Source: Centroscyllium fabricii (Eukaryota). Taken from it: 64,000 nucleotides of DNA. Location: contig JBNRSN020000089.1 of assembly GCA_051313645.2 (NCBI GenBank), positions 2,418,001 to 2,482,000 of the forward strand, in the 5' to 3' direction. Below are positions 16,101 to 32,300 of the stretch, piece after piece. Within the stretch, counting starts at the first letter, position 1, and each line of letters begins with the position of its first letter. Below the pieces are notes generated by a model. The model searched no databases and was not told the origin of the DNA. It was given only the letters and a program-made list of their open reading frames with translations. The position numbers and the translations under genes are program-made.

Positions 16101-18030
16101 CTGTGTACAATAAATCAGACACTGTCCATCTGTGTACAATACATCAGAAAATGTCCACCTGTGAACAATACATAAGAAAATATCCATCTGTGTACAGTAC
16201 ATCAGAATATGTCCATCTGTGTACAATACATCAGAAAATGTCCATCTGTGAACAATACATAAGACATTATCCATCTGTGTACAATACATCAGACATTATC
16301 CATCTGTGTACAATACATCAGACATTATCTACCTGTGAACAATACATCAGACAATATCCATCTGTGTACAATACATCAGACAAATGTCCATCTGTGTTCA
16401 ATACATCAGACAATATCCATCTGTGTACAATACATCAGACAATGTCCATCTGTGTACAATACATCAGACATTATCCACCATTGTACAATACATCCGACAA
16501 TATCCATCTGTGAATAATACATCAGAAAATGTCCATCTGTGTACAATACATCAGACATTAGCCATCTGTGAACAATATAGCAGACAATAACAATCTGTGT
16601 ACAATACATCAGAAAATATCCATCTGTGTACAATACATCAGTAAATGTCCATCTGTGTACAATACATCAGACAATATCCATCTGTGTACAATACATCAGA
16701 CATTATCCATCTGTGAACAATACATCAGACATTATCCACCTGTGTACAATACATCAGACATGGTCCATCTGTGAACAATACATCAGTCTTCATCCATCTG
16801 TGTACAATCCATCAGACAACATCCATCCGTGTACAATACATCAGAGAATGTCCATCTGTGTACAGTACATCAGACAATATCTATCTGTGAACAATATATC
16901 AGACAATGTCCATCTGTGTACAATACATCAGACAATATCCACCTGTGAACAATACATCAGACAATATCCATCTGTGTACAATACATCAGGCATTGTCCAT
17001 CTGTACAATACATCGGACAATGTCCATCTGTGTACAATACATCAGACATTATCCATCTGTGTACAATACATCAGACAATGTCCATCTGTGAACAATAAAT
17101 CAGACAACATCCATCTGTAAACAATACATAAAACAATGTCCATCTGTTTACAATACATCAGACAATATCCATCTGTGTACAATATATCAGACAATATCCA
17201 TCTGTGTACAGTATATCAGACAATGTCCATCTGTGTACAATACATCAGACAATATCCATCTGTGTACAACACATTAGACAATGTCCATCTGTGAACAATA
17301 TATCAGACAATGTCCTCCTGTGTACAATACATCAGACAATGTCCATCTGTGTACAGTACATCTGACAATGTCCATCTGTTTACAGTACATCAGACATTGT
17401 CCTTCTGTGTAAAATACATCAGACAATGTCCAGCTGTGAACAATACATCAGACAATATCCATCTGTGAACGATACATCAGACAATATCCATCTGTGAACA
17501 ATACATCAGACAATATCCATCTGTGTACAATACATCAGACAATGTCCATCTGTACAATATATCAGACAATGTCCATCTGTGTACAATATATCAGACATTA
17601 TCCATCTGCATACAATACATCAGACAATGTCCACCTGTGAACAATACATCAGACAATATCCATCTATGAACAATAAATCAGACAATGTCCATCTGTGTAC
17701 AATACATCAGACAATATCCATCAGTGTACAATACATCAGACAATATCCATCTGTGTACAGTACATCAGACAATGTCCATCTGTGTACAATACATCAGACT
17801 ATATCCATCTGCGTACAATACATCAGACAATGTCCATCTGTGAACAATACATCAGACAATGTCCATCTGTGTACAATACATCAGACAATGTCCATCTGTG
17901 TACAATACATCAGACAATGTCCATCTGTGTACAATACGTCAGACAATGTCCATCTGTGTAGAATACATCAGACAATATCCATCTCTGAACAATACATCAG
18001 ACAATGTCCATCTGTGTACAATACATCAGA
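13190..18030 (+). repeat. Duplicate of ~60-4930 (offset ~13.1 kb)
   Basis: CCAGCTGTGAACAATAAATCATAC at 97 and 13229 (offset 13132). ORF pairs 219/13351, 1145/14248, 2160/15263 and 4476/17579 have offsets 13132 or 13103, one monomer apart. Confidence 0.9.
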
Positions 18031-21000
18031 CAATATCCATCTGTGTACAATATATCAGACAATGTCCATCTGTGTACAATACATCAGACAATGTCCATCT
18101 GTGAACAATACATCAGACAATATCCATCTGTGAACAATACATCAGACAATATACATCTGTGTACAATACATCAGACAATGGCCATCTGTGCAATACATCA
18201 GAAAATGTCCATCTGTGTACAATAAATCAGACATTATACATCTGTATACAATACATCAGAAATTTGTCCATCTGTGAACAATACATCAGACAATATCCAT
18301 CTATGAACAATACATCAGACAACATCCATCTGTGTACAGTACTTCAGACAATGTCCATCTGTGTACAATACATCAGACCACATCCATCTGTGTACAGTAC
18401 TTCAGACAATGTCCATCTGTGTACAATACTTCAGACAATATCCATCTGTGTACAATATATCAGACAATGTCCATCTGTGAACAATACATCAGACAATGGC
18501 CATCTGTGTACAATACTTCAGACAATGTCCATCTGTGTACAGTACATCAGACAATGTCCATCTGTGTATAGTACGTCAGACAATGTCCTTCTTTGAACAG
18601 TACATCAGAATATGTCCATCTGTGTACAATAAATCAGACACTGTCCATCTGTGTACAATACATCAGAAAATGTCCACCTGTGAACAATACATAAGAAAAT
18701 ATCCATCTGTGTACAGTACATCAGAGTATGTCCATCTGTGTACAATACATCAGAAAATGTCCATCTGTGAACAACACATAAGACATTATCATTCTGTGTA
18801 CAATACATCAGAGATTATCCATCTGTGTACAATACATCAGACATTATCTACCTGTGAACAATACATCAGACAATATCCATCTGTGTACAATACATCAGAC
18901 AAATGTCCATCTGTGTACAATACATCAGACAATATCCATCTGTCTACAATACATTAGACAATGTCCATCTGTGTCCAATACATCAGACAATATCCATCTG
19001 TGAACAATACATCAGAAAATGTCCAACTGTGCACAATACATAAGACATTATCAATCTGTGTACAATACATCAGACATTATCCACCATTGTACAATACATC
19101 CGACAATATCCATCTTTGAATAATACATCAGAAAATGTACATCTGTGTACAATACATCAGACATTAGCCTTCTGTGAACAATATATCAGAAAATAACCAT
19201 CTGTGTACAATACATCAGACAATATCCATCTGTGTACAATACATCAGTAAATGTCCATCTGTGTACAATACATCAGACAATATCCATCTGTGTACAATAC
19301 ATAAGACATTATCCATCTGTGAACAATACATCAGACATTATCCATCTGTGTACAATACATCAGACATGCTCCATCTCTGAACAACACATCAGTCTTTATC
19401 CATCTGTGTACAATCCATCAGACAACATCCATCCGTGTACAATACATCAGAGAATGTCCATCTGTGTACAGTACATCAGACAATATCTATCTGTGAACAA
19501 TATATCAGACAATGTCCATTTGTGTACAATACATCAGACAATATCCATCTGTGAACAATACATCAGACAATATCCATCTGTGTACAATACATCAGATATT
19601 GTCCATCTGTACAATACATCGGACAATGTCCATCTGTGTACAATACATCAGACATTATCCATCTGTGTACAATACATCAGAAATGTGTCCATCTGTGAAC
19701 AAATCATCAGACAATATCCATCTATGAACAATATATCAGACAACATCCATCTGTGTACAGTATTTCAGACAATGTCCATCTGTGTACAATACATCAGACA
19801 ACATCCATCTGTGTACAGTACTTCAGACAATGTCCATCTGTGTACAATACTTCAGACAATATCCATCTGTGTACAATATATCAGACAATGTCCATCTGTG
19901 AACAATACATCAGACAATGTCCATCTGTGTACAATATTTCAGACAATGTCCATCTGTGTACAATACATCAGACAATGTCCATCTGTGTATAGTACGTCAG
20001 ACAATGTCCTTCTTTGAACAGTACATCAGACTATGTTCATCTGTGTACAATAAATCAGACACTGTCCATCTGTGTACAATACATCAGAAAATGTCCACCT
20101 GTGAACAATACATAAGAAAATACCCATCTGTGTACAGTACATCAGAATATGTCCATCTGTGTACAATACATCAGAAAATGTCCATCTGTGAACAATACAT
20201 AAGACATTATCCATCTGTGTACAATACATCAGACATTATCCATCTGTGTACAATACATCAGACATTATCTACCTGTGAACAATACATCAGACAATATCCA
20301 TCTGTGTACAATACATCAGACAAATGTCCATCTGTGTTCAATACATCAGACAATATCCATCTGTGTACAATACATCAGACAATGTCCATCTGTGTACAAT
20401 ACATCAGACATTATCCACCATTGTACAATACATCCGACAATATCCATCTGTGAATAATACATCAGAAAATGTCCATCTGTGTACAATACATCAGACATTA
20501 GCCATCTGTGAACAATATAGCAGACAATAACAATCTGTGTACAATACTTCAGAAAATATCCATCTGTGTACAATACATCAGTAAATGTCCATCTGTGTAC
20601 AATACTTCAGACAATATCCATCTGTGTACAATAAATCAGACATTATCCATCTGTGAACAATACATCAGACATTATCCACCTGTGTACAATACATCAGACA
20701 TGGTCCATCTGTGAACAATACATCAGTCTTCATCCATCTGTGTACAATCCATCAGACAACATCCTTCCGTGTACAATACATCAGAGAATGTCCATCTGTG
20801 TACAGTACATCAGACAATATCTATCTGTGAACAATATATCAGACAATGTCCATCTGTGTACAATACATCAGACAATATCCACCTGTGAACAATACATCAG
20901 ACAATATCCATCTGTGTACAATACATCAGGCATTGTCCATCTGTACAATATATCGGACAATGTCCATCTGTGTACAATACATCAGACATTAACCATCTGT

Positions 21001-21970
21001 GTACAATACATCAGACAATGTCCATCTGTGAACAATAAATCAGACAACATCCATCTGTAAACAATACATAAAACAATGTCCATCTGTTTACAATACATCA
21101 GACAATATCCATCTGTGTACAATATATCAGACAATATCCATCTGTGTACAGTATATCAGACAATGTCCATCTGTGTACAATACATCAGACAATATCCATC
21201 TGTGTACAACACATTAGACAATGTCCATCTGTGAACAATATATCAGACAATGTCCTCCTGTGTACAATACATCAGACAATGTCCATCTGTGTACAGTACA
21301 TCTGACAATGTCCATCTGTTTACAGTACATCAGACATTGTCCTTCTGTGTAAAATACATCAGACAATGTCCAGCTGTGAACAATACATCAGACAATATCC
21401 ATCTGTGAACGATACATCAGACAATATCCATCTGTGAACAATACATCAGACAATATCCATCTGTGTACAATACATCAGACAATGTCCATCTGTACAATAT
21501 ATCAGACAATGTCCATCTGTGTACAATATATCAGACATTATCCATCTGCATACAATACATCAGACAATGTCCACCTGTGAACAATACATCAGACAATATC
21601 CATCTATGAACAATAAATCAGACAATGTCCATCTGTGTACAATACATCAGACAATATCCATCTGTGTACAATACATCAGACAATATCCATCTGTGTACAG
21701 TACATCAGACAATGTCCATCTGTGTACAATACATCAGACTATATCCATCTGCGTACAATACATCAGACAATGTCCATCTGTGAACAATACATCAGACAAT
21801 GTCCATCTGTGTACAATACATCAGACAATGTCCATCTGTGTACAATACATCAGACAATGTCCATCTGTGTACAATACGTCAGACAATGTCCATCTGTGTA
21901 GAATACATCAGACAATATCCATCTCTGAACAATACATCAGACAATGTCCATCTGTGTACAATACATCAGA
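14100..21970 (+). repeat. ~3.9-kb tandem duplication (offset 3911/3940 bp)
   Basis: ORF pairs 14248/18159 and 15263/19174 differ by 3911; 15977/19917, 16384/20324 and 17579/21519 differ by 3940. Confidence 0.9.
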
Positions 21971-22469
21971 CAATATCAATCTGTGTACACTACATCAGAC
22001 AATGTCCATCTGTGTACAATACATCAGACAATGTCCATCTGTGAACAATACATCAGACAATATCCATCTGTGAACAATACATCAGACAATATCCATCTGT
22101 GTACAATACATCAGACAATGGCCATCTGTACAAAACATCAGACAATGTCCATCTGTGTACAATATATCAGACATTATCCATCTGTGTACAATACATCAGA
22201 CAATGTCCACCTGTGAACAATACATCAGACAATATTTATCTATGAACAATAAATCAGACAATGTCCATCTGTGTACAATACATCAGACAATATCCATCTG
22301 TGTACAATACATCAGACAATATCCATCTGTGTACAGTACATCAGACAATGCCTATCTGTGTACAATACATCAGACAATATCCATCTGTATACAATACATC
22401 AGACAATGTCCATCTGTGAACAATACATCAGACAATGTCCATCTGTGTACAATACATCAGACAATGTCC

Positions 22470-25400
22470 ATCTGTGTACAATACATCAGACAATGTCCAT
22501 CTGTGTACAATACGTCAGACAATGTCCATCTGTGTAGAATACATCAGACAATATCCATCTCTGAACAATACATCAGACAATGTCCATCTGTGTACAATAC
22601 ATCAGACAATATCCATCTGTGTACACTACATCAGACAATGTCCATCTGTGTACAATAAATCAGACAATGTCCATCTGTGAACAATACATCAGAAAATATC
22701 CATCTGTGAACAATACATCAGACAATATCCACCTGTGTACAATACATCAGACAATGGCCATCTGTACAATACATCAGACAATGTCCATCTGTGTACAATA
22801 CATCAGACATTATCCATCTGTATACAATACATCAGACAATGTCCATTTGTGAACAATACATCAGACAATATCCATCTATGAACAATACATCAGACAACAT
22901 CCATCTGTGTACAGTACTTCAGACAATGTCCTTCTGTGTACAATACATCAGACAACATCCATCTGTGTACAGTACTTCAGACAATGTCCCTATGTGTAGA
23001 TTAATTCGGACAATATCCATCTGTGTACAATATATCAGACAATGTCCATCTGTGAACAATACATCAGACAATGTCCATCTGTGTACAATATATCAGACAA
23101 TGTCCATCTGTGTACAGTACATCAGGCAATGTCCATCTGTGTATAGTACGTCAGACAATGTCCTTCTCTGAACAGTACATCAGACTATGTCCATCTGTGT
23201 ACAATAAATCAGACAATGTCCATCTGTGTACAGTACATCAGATTATGTCCATCTGTGTACAATACATCAGAAAATGTCCATCTGTGAACAATACATAAGA
23301 CATTATCCATCTGTATACAATACATCAGACATTATCCATCTGTGTACAATACATCAGAAAATGTCCATCTGTGAACAATACATAAGACATTATCCATCAG
23401 TGTACAATACCTCAGATATTATCTAGTTGTGAACAATACATCAGACAATATCCATCTGTGTACAATACATCAGACAAATGTCCATCTGTGCACAATACAT
23501 AAGACATTATCAATCTGTGTTCAATACATCAGACATTATCCATCATTGTACAATACATCCGACAATATCCATCTGTGAATAATACATCAGAATATGTCCA
23601 TCTGTGTACAATACATCAGACATTATCCATCTGTGAACAATACATCAGACAATAACCATCTGTGTACAATACATCAGACAATATCCATCTGTGTACAATA
23701 CATCAGTAAATGTCAATCTGCGTACAATACATCAGACAATATCCATCCGTGTACAATACATCAGACATTATCGATCTGTGAACAATACATCAGACATTAT
23801 CCATCTGTTTACAATACATCAGACATGGTCCATCTGTGAACAATATATTAGTCTTTATCCATCTGTGTACAATCCATCAGGCAACATCCATCTGTGTACA
23901 ATACATCAGAGAATGTCAATCTGTGTACAGTACATCAGACAATATCTATCTGTGAACAATATTTCAGACAATGTCCATCTGTGTACAATACATCAGACAA
24001 TATCCATCTGTGTACATTACATCAGACAATTTCAATCTGTGAACAATACATCAGACAATGTCCATCTGTGTACAATACATCAGACAATGTCCATCTGTGT
24101 ACAATACGTCAGACAATGTCCATCTGTGTAGAATACATCAGAAAATATCCATCTCTGAACAATACATCAGACAATGTCCATCTGTGTACAATACATCAGA
24201 CAATATCCATCTGTGTACACTACATCAGACAATGTCCATCTGTGTACAATAAATCAGACAATGTCCATCTTTGAACAATACATCAGACAATATCCATCTG
24301 TGAACAATACATCAGACAATATCCATCTGTGAACAATACATCAGACAATGGCCATCTGTACAATACATCAGACAATGTCCATCTGTGTACAATACATCAG
24401 ACATTATCCATCTGTATACAATACATCAGACAATGTCCATTTGTGAACAATACATCAGACAATATCCATCTATGAACAATACATCAGACAACATCCATCT
24501 GTGTACAGTACTTCAGACAATGTCCATCTGTGTACAATACATCAGACAACATCCATCTGTGTACAGAACTTCAGACAATGTCCCTCTGTGTAGATTAATT
24601 CGGACAATATCCATCTGTGTACAATATATCAGACAATGTCCATCTGTGAACAATAGATCAGACAATGTCCATCTGTGTACAATATATCAGACAATGTCCA
24701 TCTGTGTACAGTACATCAGGCAATGTCCATCTGTGTATAGTACGTCAGACAATGTCCTTCTCTGAACAGTACATCAGACTATGTCCATCTGTGTACAATA
24801 AATCAGACAATGTCCATCTGTGTACAGTACATCAGATTATGTCCATCTGTGTACAATACATCAGAAAATGTCCATCTGTGAACAATACATAAGACATTAT
24901 CCATCTGTATACAATACATCAGACATTATCCATCTGTGTACAATACATCAGAAAATGTCCATCTGTGAACAATACATAAGACATTATCCATCAGTGTACA
25001 ATACCTCAGATATTATCTAGTTGTGAACAATATATCAGACAATATCCATCTGTGTACAATACATCAGACAAATGTCCATCTGTGCACAATACATAAGACA
25101 TTATCAATCTGTGTACAATACATCAGACATTATCCATCATTGTACAATACATCCGACAATATCCATCTGTGAATAATACATCAGAATATGTCCATCTGTG
25201 TACAATACATCAGACATTATCCATCTGTGAACAATACATCAGACAATAACCATCTGTGTACAATACATCAGACAATATCCATCTGTGTACAATACATCAG
25301 TAAATGTCAATCTGCGTACAATACATCAGACAATATCCATCTGTGTACAATACATCAGACATTATCGATCTGTGAACAATACATCAGACATTATCCACCT

Positions 25401-27250
25401 GTATACAATACATCAGACATGGTCCATCTGTGAACAATATATTAGTCTTTATCCATCTGTGTACAATCCATCAGGCAACATCCATCTGTGTACAATACAT
25501 CAGAGAATGTCAATCTGTGTACAGTACATCAGACAATATCTATCTGTGAACAATATTTCAGACAATGTCCATCTGTGTACAATACCTCAGACAATATCCA
25601 TCTGTGTACATTACATCAGACAATTTCAATCTGTGAACAATACATCAGACAATGTCCATCTGTGTACAATACATCAGACAATGTCCATCTGTGTACAATA
25701 CGTCAGACAATGTCCATCTGTGTAGAATACATCAGACAATATCCATCTCTGAACAATACATCAGACAATGTCCATCTGTGTACAATACATCAGACAATAT
25801 CCATCTGTGTACACTACATCAGACAATGTCCATCTGTGTACAATAAATCAGACAATGTCCATCTGTGAACAATACATCAGACAATATCCATCTGTGAACA
25901 ATACATCAGACAATATCCACCTGTGAACAATACATCAGACAATGGCCATCTGTACAATACATCAGACAATGTCCATCTGTGTACAATACATCAGACATTA
26001 TCCATCTGTATACAATACATCAGACAATGTCCATTTGTGAACAATACATCAGACAATATCCATCTATGAACAATACATCAGACAACATCCATCTGTGTAC
26101 AGTACTTCAGACAATGTCCATCTGTGTACAATACATCAGACAACATCCATCTGTGTACAGAACTTCAGACAATGTCCCTCTGTGTAGATTAATTCGGACA
26201 ATATCCATCTGTGTACAATATATCAGAAAATGTCCATCTGTGAACAATACATCAGACAATGTCCATCTGTGTACAATATATCAGACAATGTCCATCTGTG
26301 TACAGTACATCAGGCAATGTCCATCTGTGTATAGTACGTCAGACAATGTCCTTCTCTGAACAGTACATCAGACTATGTCCATCTGTGTACAATAAATCAG
26401 ACAATGTCCATCTGTGTACAATACACCAGATTATGTCCATCTGTGTACAATACATCAGAAAATGTCCATCTGTGAACAATACATAAGACATTATCCATCT
26501 GTATACAATACATCAGACATTATCCATCTGTGTACAATACATCAGAAAATGTCCATCTGTGAACAATACATAGGACATTATCCATCAGTGTACAATACCT
26601 CAGATATTATCTAGTTGTGAACAATACATCAGACAATATCCATCTGTGTACAATACATCAGACAAATGTCCATCTGTGCACAATACATAAGACATTATCA
26701 ATCTGTGTACAATACATCAGACATTATCCATCATTGTACAATACATCCGACAATATTCATCTGTGAATAATACATCAGAATATGTCCATCTGTGTACAAT
26801 ACATCAGACATTATCCATCTGTGAACAATACATCAGACAATAACCATCTGTGTACAATACATCAGACAATATCCATCTGTGTACAATACATCAGTAAATG
26901 TCCATCTGCGTACAATACATCAGTCAATATCCATCTGTGTACAATACATCAGACATTATCGATCTGTGAACAATACATCAGACATTATCCATCTGTATAC
27001 AATACATCAGACATGGTCCATCTGTGAACAATATATTAGTCTTTATCCATCTGTGTACAATCCATCAGGCAACATCCTTCTGTGTACAGTACATCAGAAA
27101 ATGTCAATCTGTGTACAGTACATCAGACAATATCTATCTGTGAACAATATATCAGACAATGTCCATCTGTGTACAATACATCAGACAATATCCATCTGTG
27201 TACATTACATCAGACAATTTCAATCTGTGAACAATACATCAGACAATGTC
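22470..27250 (+). repeat. 55-monomer (1594-bp) HOR, three copies, second block
   Basis: Marker TAGATTAATTCGG at 22997, 24591 and 26185 (exactly 1594 apart); ORFs 23594/25188/26782 are also 1594 apart. Confidence 0.9.
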
Positions 27251-29399
27251 CATCTGTGTACAATACATCAGACAATGTCCATCTTTATACAATACATCAG
27301 ACAATATGCATCTGTGTACAATACATCAGACAATGTCCATCTGTTTACAATACATCAGACAATTTCCATCTGTGAACAATACATCAGACAATTTCCATCT
27401 GTGTACAATACATCAGACAATGTCCATCTGTGCACAATACATCAGACAATGTCCATCTGTGAACAATGCATCAGACAATGCCCATCTATGTACAATACAT
27501 CAGACATTGCCCATCTGTGTACAATATATCAGACATTATCCATCTGTGTACAATGCATCAGAAAATGTCCACCTGTGAACAATACATAAGAAAATATCCA
27601 TCTGTGTACAGTACATCAGAGTATGTCCATCTGTGTACAATACATCAGAAAAAGTCCAAATGTGAACAATACATAAGACATTATCCATCTGTGTACAATA
27701 CATCAGACATTATCCATCTGTGTACAATACATCAGAAAATGTCCATCTGTGAACAATACATAAGACATTATCCATCAGTGTACAAATCCTCAGACATTAT
27801 CTACCTGTGAACAATACATCAGACAATATACATCTGTGTACAATACATCAGACAAATGTCCATCTGTGTACAATACATCAGACAATATCCATCTGTGTAC
27901 AATACATCAGACAATGTCCATCTGTGTCCAATACATCAGTCAATATCCATCTGTGAACAATACATCAGAAAATGTCCAACTGTGCACAATACATAAGACA
28001 TTATCAATCTGTGTACAATACATCAGACATTATCCATCATTGTACAATACATCCGACAATATCCATCTGTGAATAATACATCAGAAAATGTCCATCTGTG
28101 TACAATACATCAGACATTATCCATCTGTGAACAATACATCAGACAATAACCACCTGTGTACAATACATCAGACAATATCCATCTGTGTACAATACATCAG
28201 TAAATGTCCATCTGTGTACAATACATCAGACAATATCCATCTGTGTACAATACACCAGACATTATCGATCTGTGAACAATACATCAGACATTATCCATCT
28301 GTGTACAATACATCAGACATGGTCCATCTGTGAACAATACATCAGTCTTTATCCTTCTGTGTACAATCCATCAGACAACATCCATCTGTGTACAATACGT
28401 CAGAGAATGTCCATCTGTTTACAGTACATCAGACAATATCTATCTGTGAACAATATATCAGACAATGTCCATCTGTGTACAATACATCAGACAATATCCA
28501 TCTGTGTACATTACATCAGACAATTTCAATCTGTGAACAATATATCAGACAATGTCCATCTGTGTACAATACATCAGACAATGTCCATCTGTGTACAATA
28601 CATCAGACAATATGCATCTGTGTACAATACATCAGCCAATGTCCATCTGTGTACAATACATCAGACAATTTCCATCTGTGAACAATACATCAGACAATTT
28701 CCATCTGTGTACAATACATCAGACAATGTCCATCTGTGCACAATACATCAGAAAATGTCCACCTGTGAACAATACATAAGAAAATATCCATCAGTGTACA
28801 GTACATCAGAGTATGTCCATCTGTGTACAATACATCAGACAATGTCCATCTGTGAACAATGCATCAGACAATGTCCATCTATGTACAATACATCAGACAT
28901 TGCCCATCTGTGTACAATATATCTGACATTATCCATCTGTGTACAATACATCAGAAAATGTCCATCTGTGTACAATGCATCAGACATTATCCATCAGTGT
29001 ACAATACATCCGACAATATCGATCTGTGAATAATACCTCAGAATATGTCCATCTGTGTACAATACATCAGACATTATCCATCTGTGAACAATACATCAGA
29101 CAATAAACATCTGTGTACAATACATCAGACAATATCCATCTGTGTACAATACATCATTAAATGTCCATCTGTGTACAATACATCAGACAATATCCATCTG
29201 TGTACAATACATCAGACATTAGCCATCTGTGAACAATACATCAGACATTATCCATCTGTGTACAATACATCATTAAATGTCCATCTGTGTACAATACATC
29301 AGACAATATCCATCTGTCTACAATACATCAGACATTATCCATCTGTGAACAATATATCAGACATTATCCATCAGTGTACAATACATCCGACAATATCGA

Positions 29400-32300
29400 T
29401 CTGTGAATAATAAATCAGAAAATGTCCATCTGTGTACAATACATCAGACATTATCCATCTGTGAACAATACATCAGACAATAACCATCTGTGTACAATAC
29501 ATCAGACAATATCCATCTGTGTACAATACATCATTAAATGTCCATCTGTGTACAATATATCAGACAATATCCATCTGTCTACAATACATCAGACATTATC
29601 CATCTGTGAACAATACATCAGACATTATCCATCTGTGTACAATACATCAGACATGGTCCATCTGTGAACAATACATCTGTCATTATCCATCTGTGTACAA
29701 TCCATCAGACAACATCCATCTGTGTAATATACAACAGAGAATGTCCATCTGTGTACAGTACATCAGACAATATCTATCTGTGAACAATATATCAGACAAT
29801 GTCCATCTGTGTACAATACATCAGACAATATCCATCTGTGTACATTACATCAGACAATGTCAATCTGTGAACAATACATCAGACAATGTCCATCTGTGTA
29901 CAATAGATCAGACAATGTCCATTTTTGTACAATATATCAGACAATATGCATCTGTGTACAATACATCAGACAATGTCCATCTGTGTACAATACATCAGAC
30001 AATGTCCTTCTTTGATCAGTACATCAGACAATGTCCATCTGTGTACAATAAATCAGACAATGTCCATCTGTGTACAATACATCAGAAAATGTCCAACTGT
30101 GAACAATACATAAGAAAATATCCATCAGTGTACAGTACATCAGAGTATGTCCATCTGTGTACAATACATCAGAAAATGTCCATCTGTGAACCGTACATAA
30201 GACATTATCCATCTGTGTACAATAAATCAGACATTTACCATCTGTGTACAATATATCAGAAAATGTCCATCTGTGAACAATACATAAGGCAATATCCATC
30301 AGTGTACAATACCTCAGACATTATCTACCTGTGAACAATACATCAGACAATATCCATCTGTGTACAATACATCAGACAAATGTCCATCTGCGTACAATAC
30401 ATCAGACAATATCCATCTGTGTACAATATATCAGACAATGTCCATCTGTGTCCAATACATCAGACAATATCCATCTGTGAACAATACATCAAAAATGTCC
30501 AACTGTGCACAATACATAAGACATTATCAATCTGTGTAGAATACATCAGACATTATCCATCATTGTACAATACATCCGACAATATCCATCTGTGAATAAT
30601 ACATCAGAAAATGTCCATCTGTGTACAAAACATCAGACATTATCCATCTGTGAACAATACATCAGACAATAACGATCTGTGTACAATACATCAGACAATA
30701 TCCATCTGTGTACAATACATCAGTAAATGTCCATCTGTGTACAATACATCAGACAATATCCATCTGTGTACAATACATCAGACATTATCGATCTGTGAAC
30801 AATCCAACAGACATTATCCATCTGTGTACAATACATCAGACATGGTCCATCTGTGAACAATACATCAGTTTTTATCCATCTGTGTACAATCCATCAGACA
30901 ACATCCATCTGTGTACAATACATCAGAGAATGTCCATCTGTGAACAATACATCAGACATTGTCCATCTGTGTACATTACATCAGACATTGTCCATCTGTG
31001 TACAATAAATCAGACATTGTCCATCTGTGTACAATATATCAGACATTGTCCATCTGTGTACAATACATCAGAAAATATCCATCTGTGTACAATACATCCG
31101 ACAATGTCCATCTGTGTACAATACATCAGACAATGTCCATCATTGAACAATACATCAGACAATGTCCATCTGTTTACAATACATCTGACAATGTCCATCT
31201 GTGTATAGTACGTCAGACAATGTCCTTCTTCGAACAGTACATCAGACTATGTCCATCTGTGTACAATAAATCAGACACTGTCCATCTGTGTACAATACAT
31301 CAGAAAATGTCAACCTGTGAACAATACATAAGAAAATATCCATCTGTGTACAGTACATCAGATTATGTCCATCTGTGTACAATACATCAGAAAATTTCCA
31401 TCTGTGAACAATACATAAGACATTATCCATCTGTGTATAATACATCAGACATTATCCATCTGTGTACAATACATCAGAAAATGTCCATCTGTGAACAATA
31501 CATAAGACATTATCCATCAGTGTACAATACATCAGACATTATCTACCTGTGAACAATACATCAGACAATATCCATCTGTGAATAATACATCAGAAAATGT
31601 CCATCTGTGTACAAAACATCAGACATTATCCATCTGTGAACAAGACATCAGACAATAACCATCTGTGTACAATATATCAGACAATATCCATCTGTGTACA
31701 ATACATCAGTAAATGTCCATCTGTGTACAATACATCAGACAATATCCATCTGTGTACAATACATCAGACATTAGCCATCTGTGAACAATACATCAGACAT
31801 TATCCATCTGTGTACAGTACATCAGACATGGTCCATCTGTGAACAATACATCAGATTTTATCCATCTGTGTACAATCCATCAGACAACATCCATCTGTGT
31901 ACAATACATCAGAGAATGTCCATCTGTGTACAGTACATCAGACAATATCGATCTGTGAACAATATATCAGACAATGTCCATCTGTGTACAATACATCAGA
32001 CAATATCCATCTGTGTACATTGCATCAGACAATTTCAATCTGTGAACAATACATCAGACAAAGTCCATCTGTGTACAATACATCAGACAATGTCCATCTG
32101 TGTACAATACATCAGACAATATGCATCTGTGTACAATACATCAGACAATGTCCGTCTGTGTACAATACATCGGACAATTTCCTTCTGTGAACAGTACATC
32201 AGACAATTTCCATCTGTGTACAATACATCAGACAATGTCCAACTGTGCACAGTACATCAGACAATGTCCATCTGTGAACAATGCATCAGACAATGTCCAT

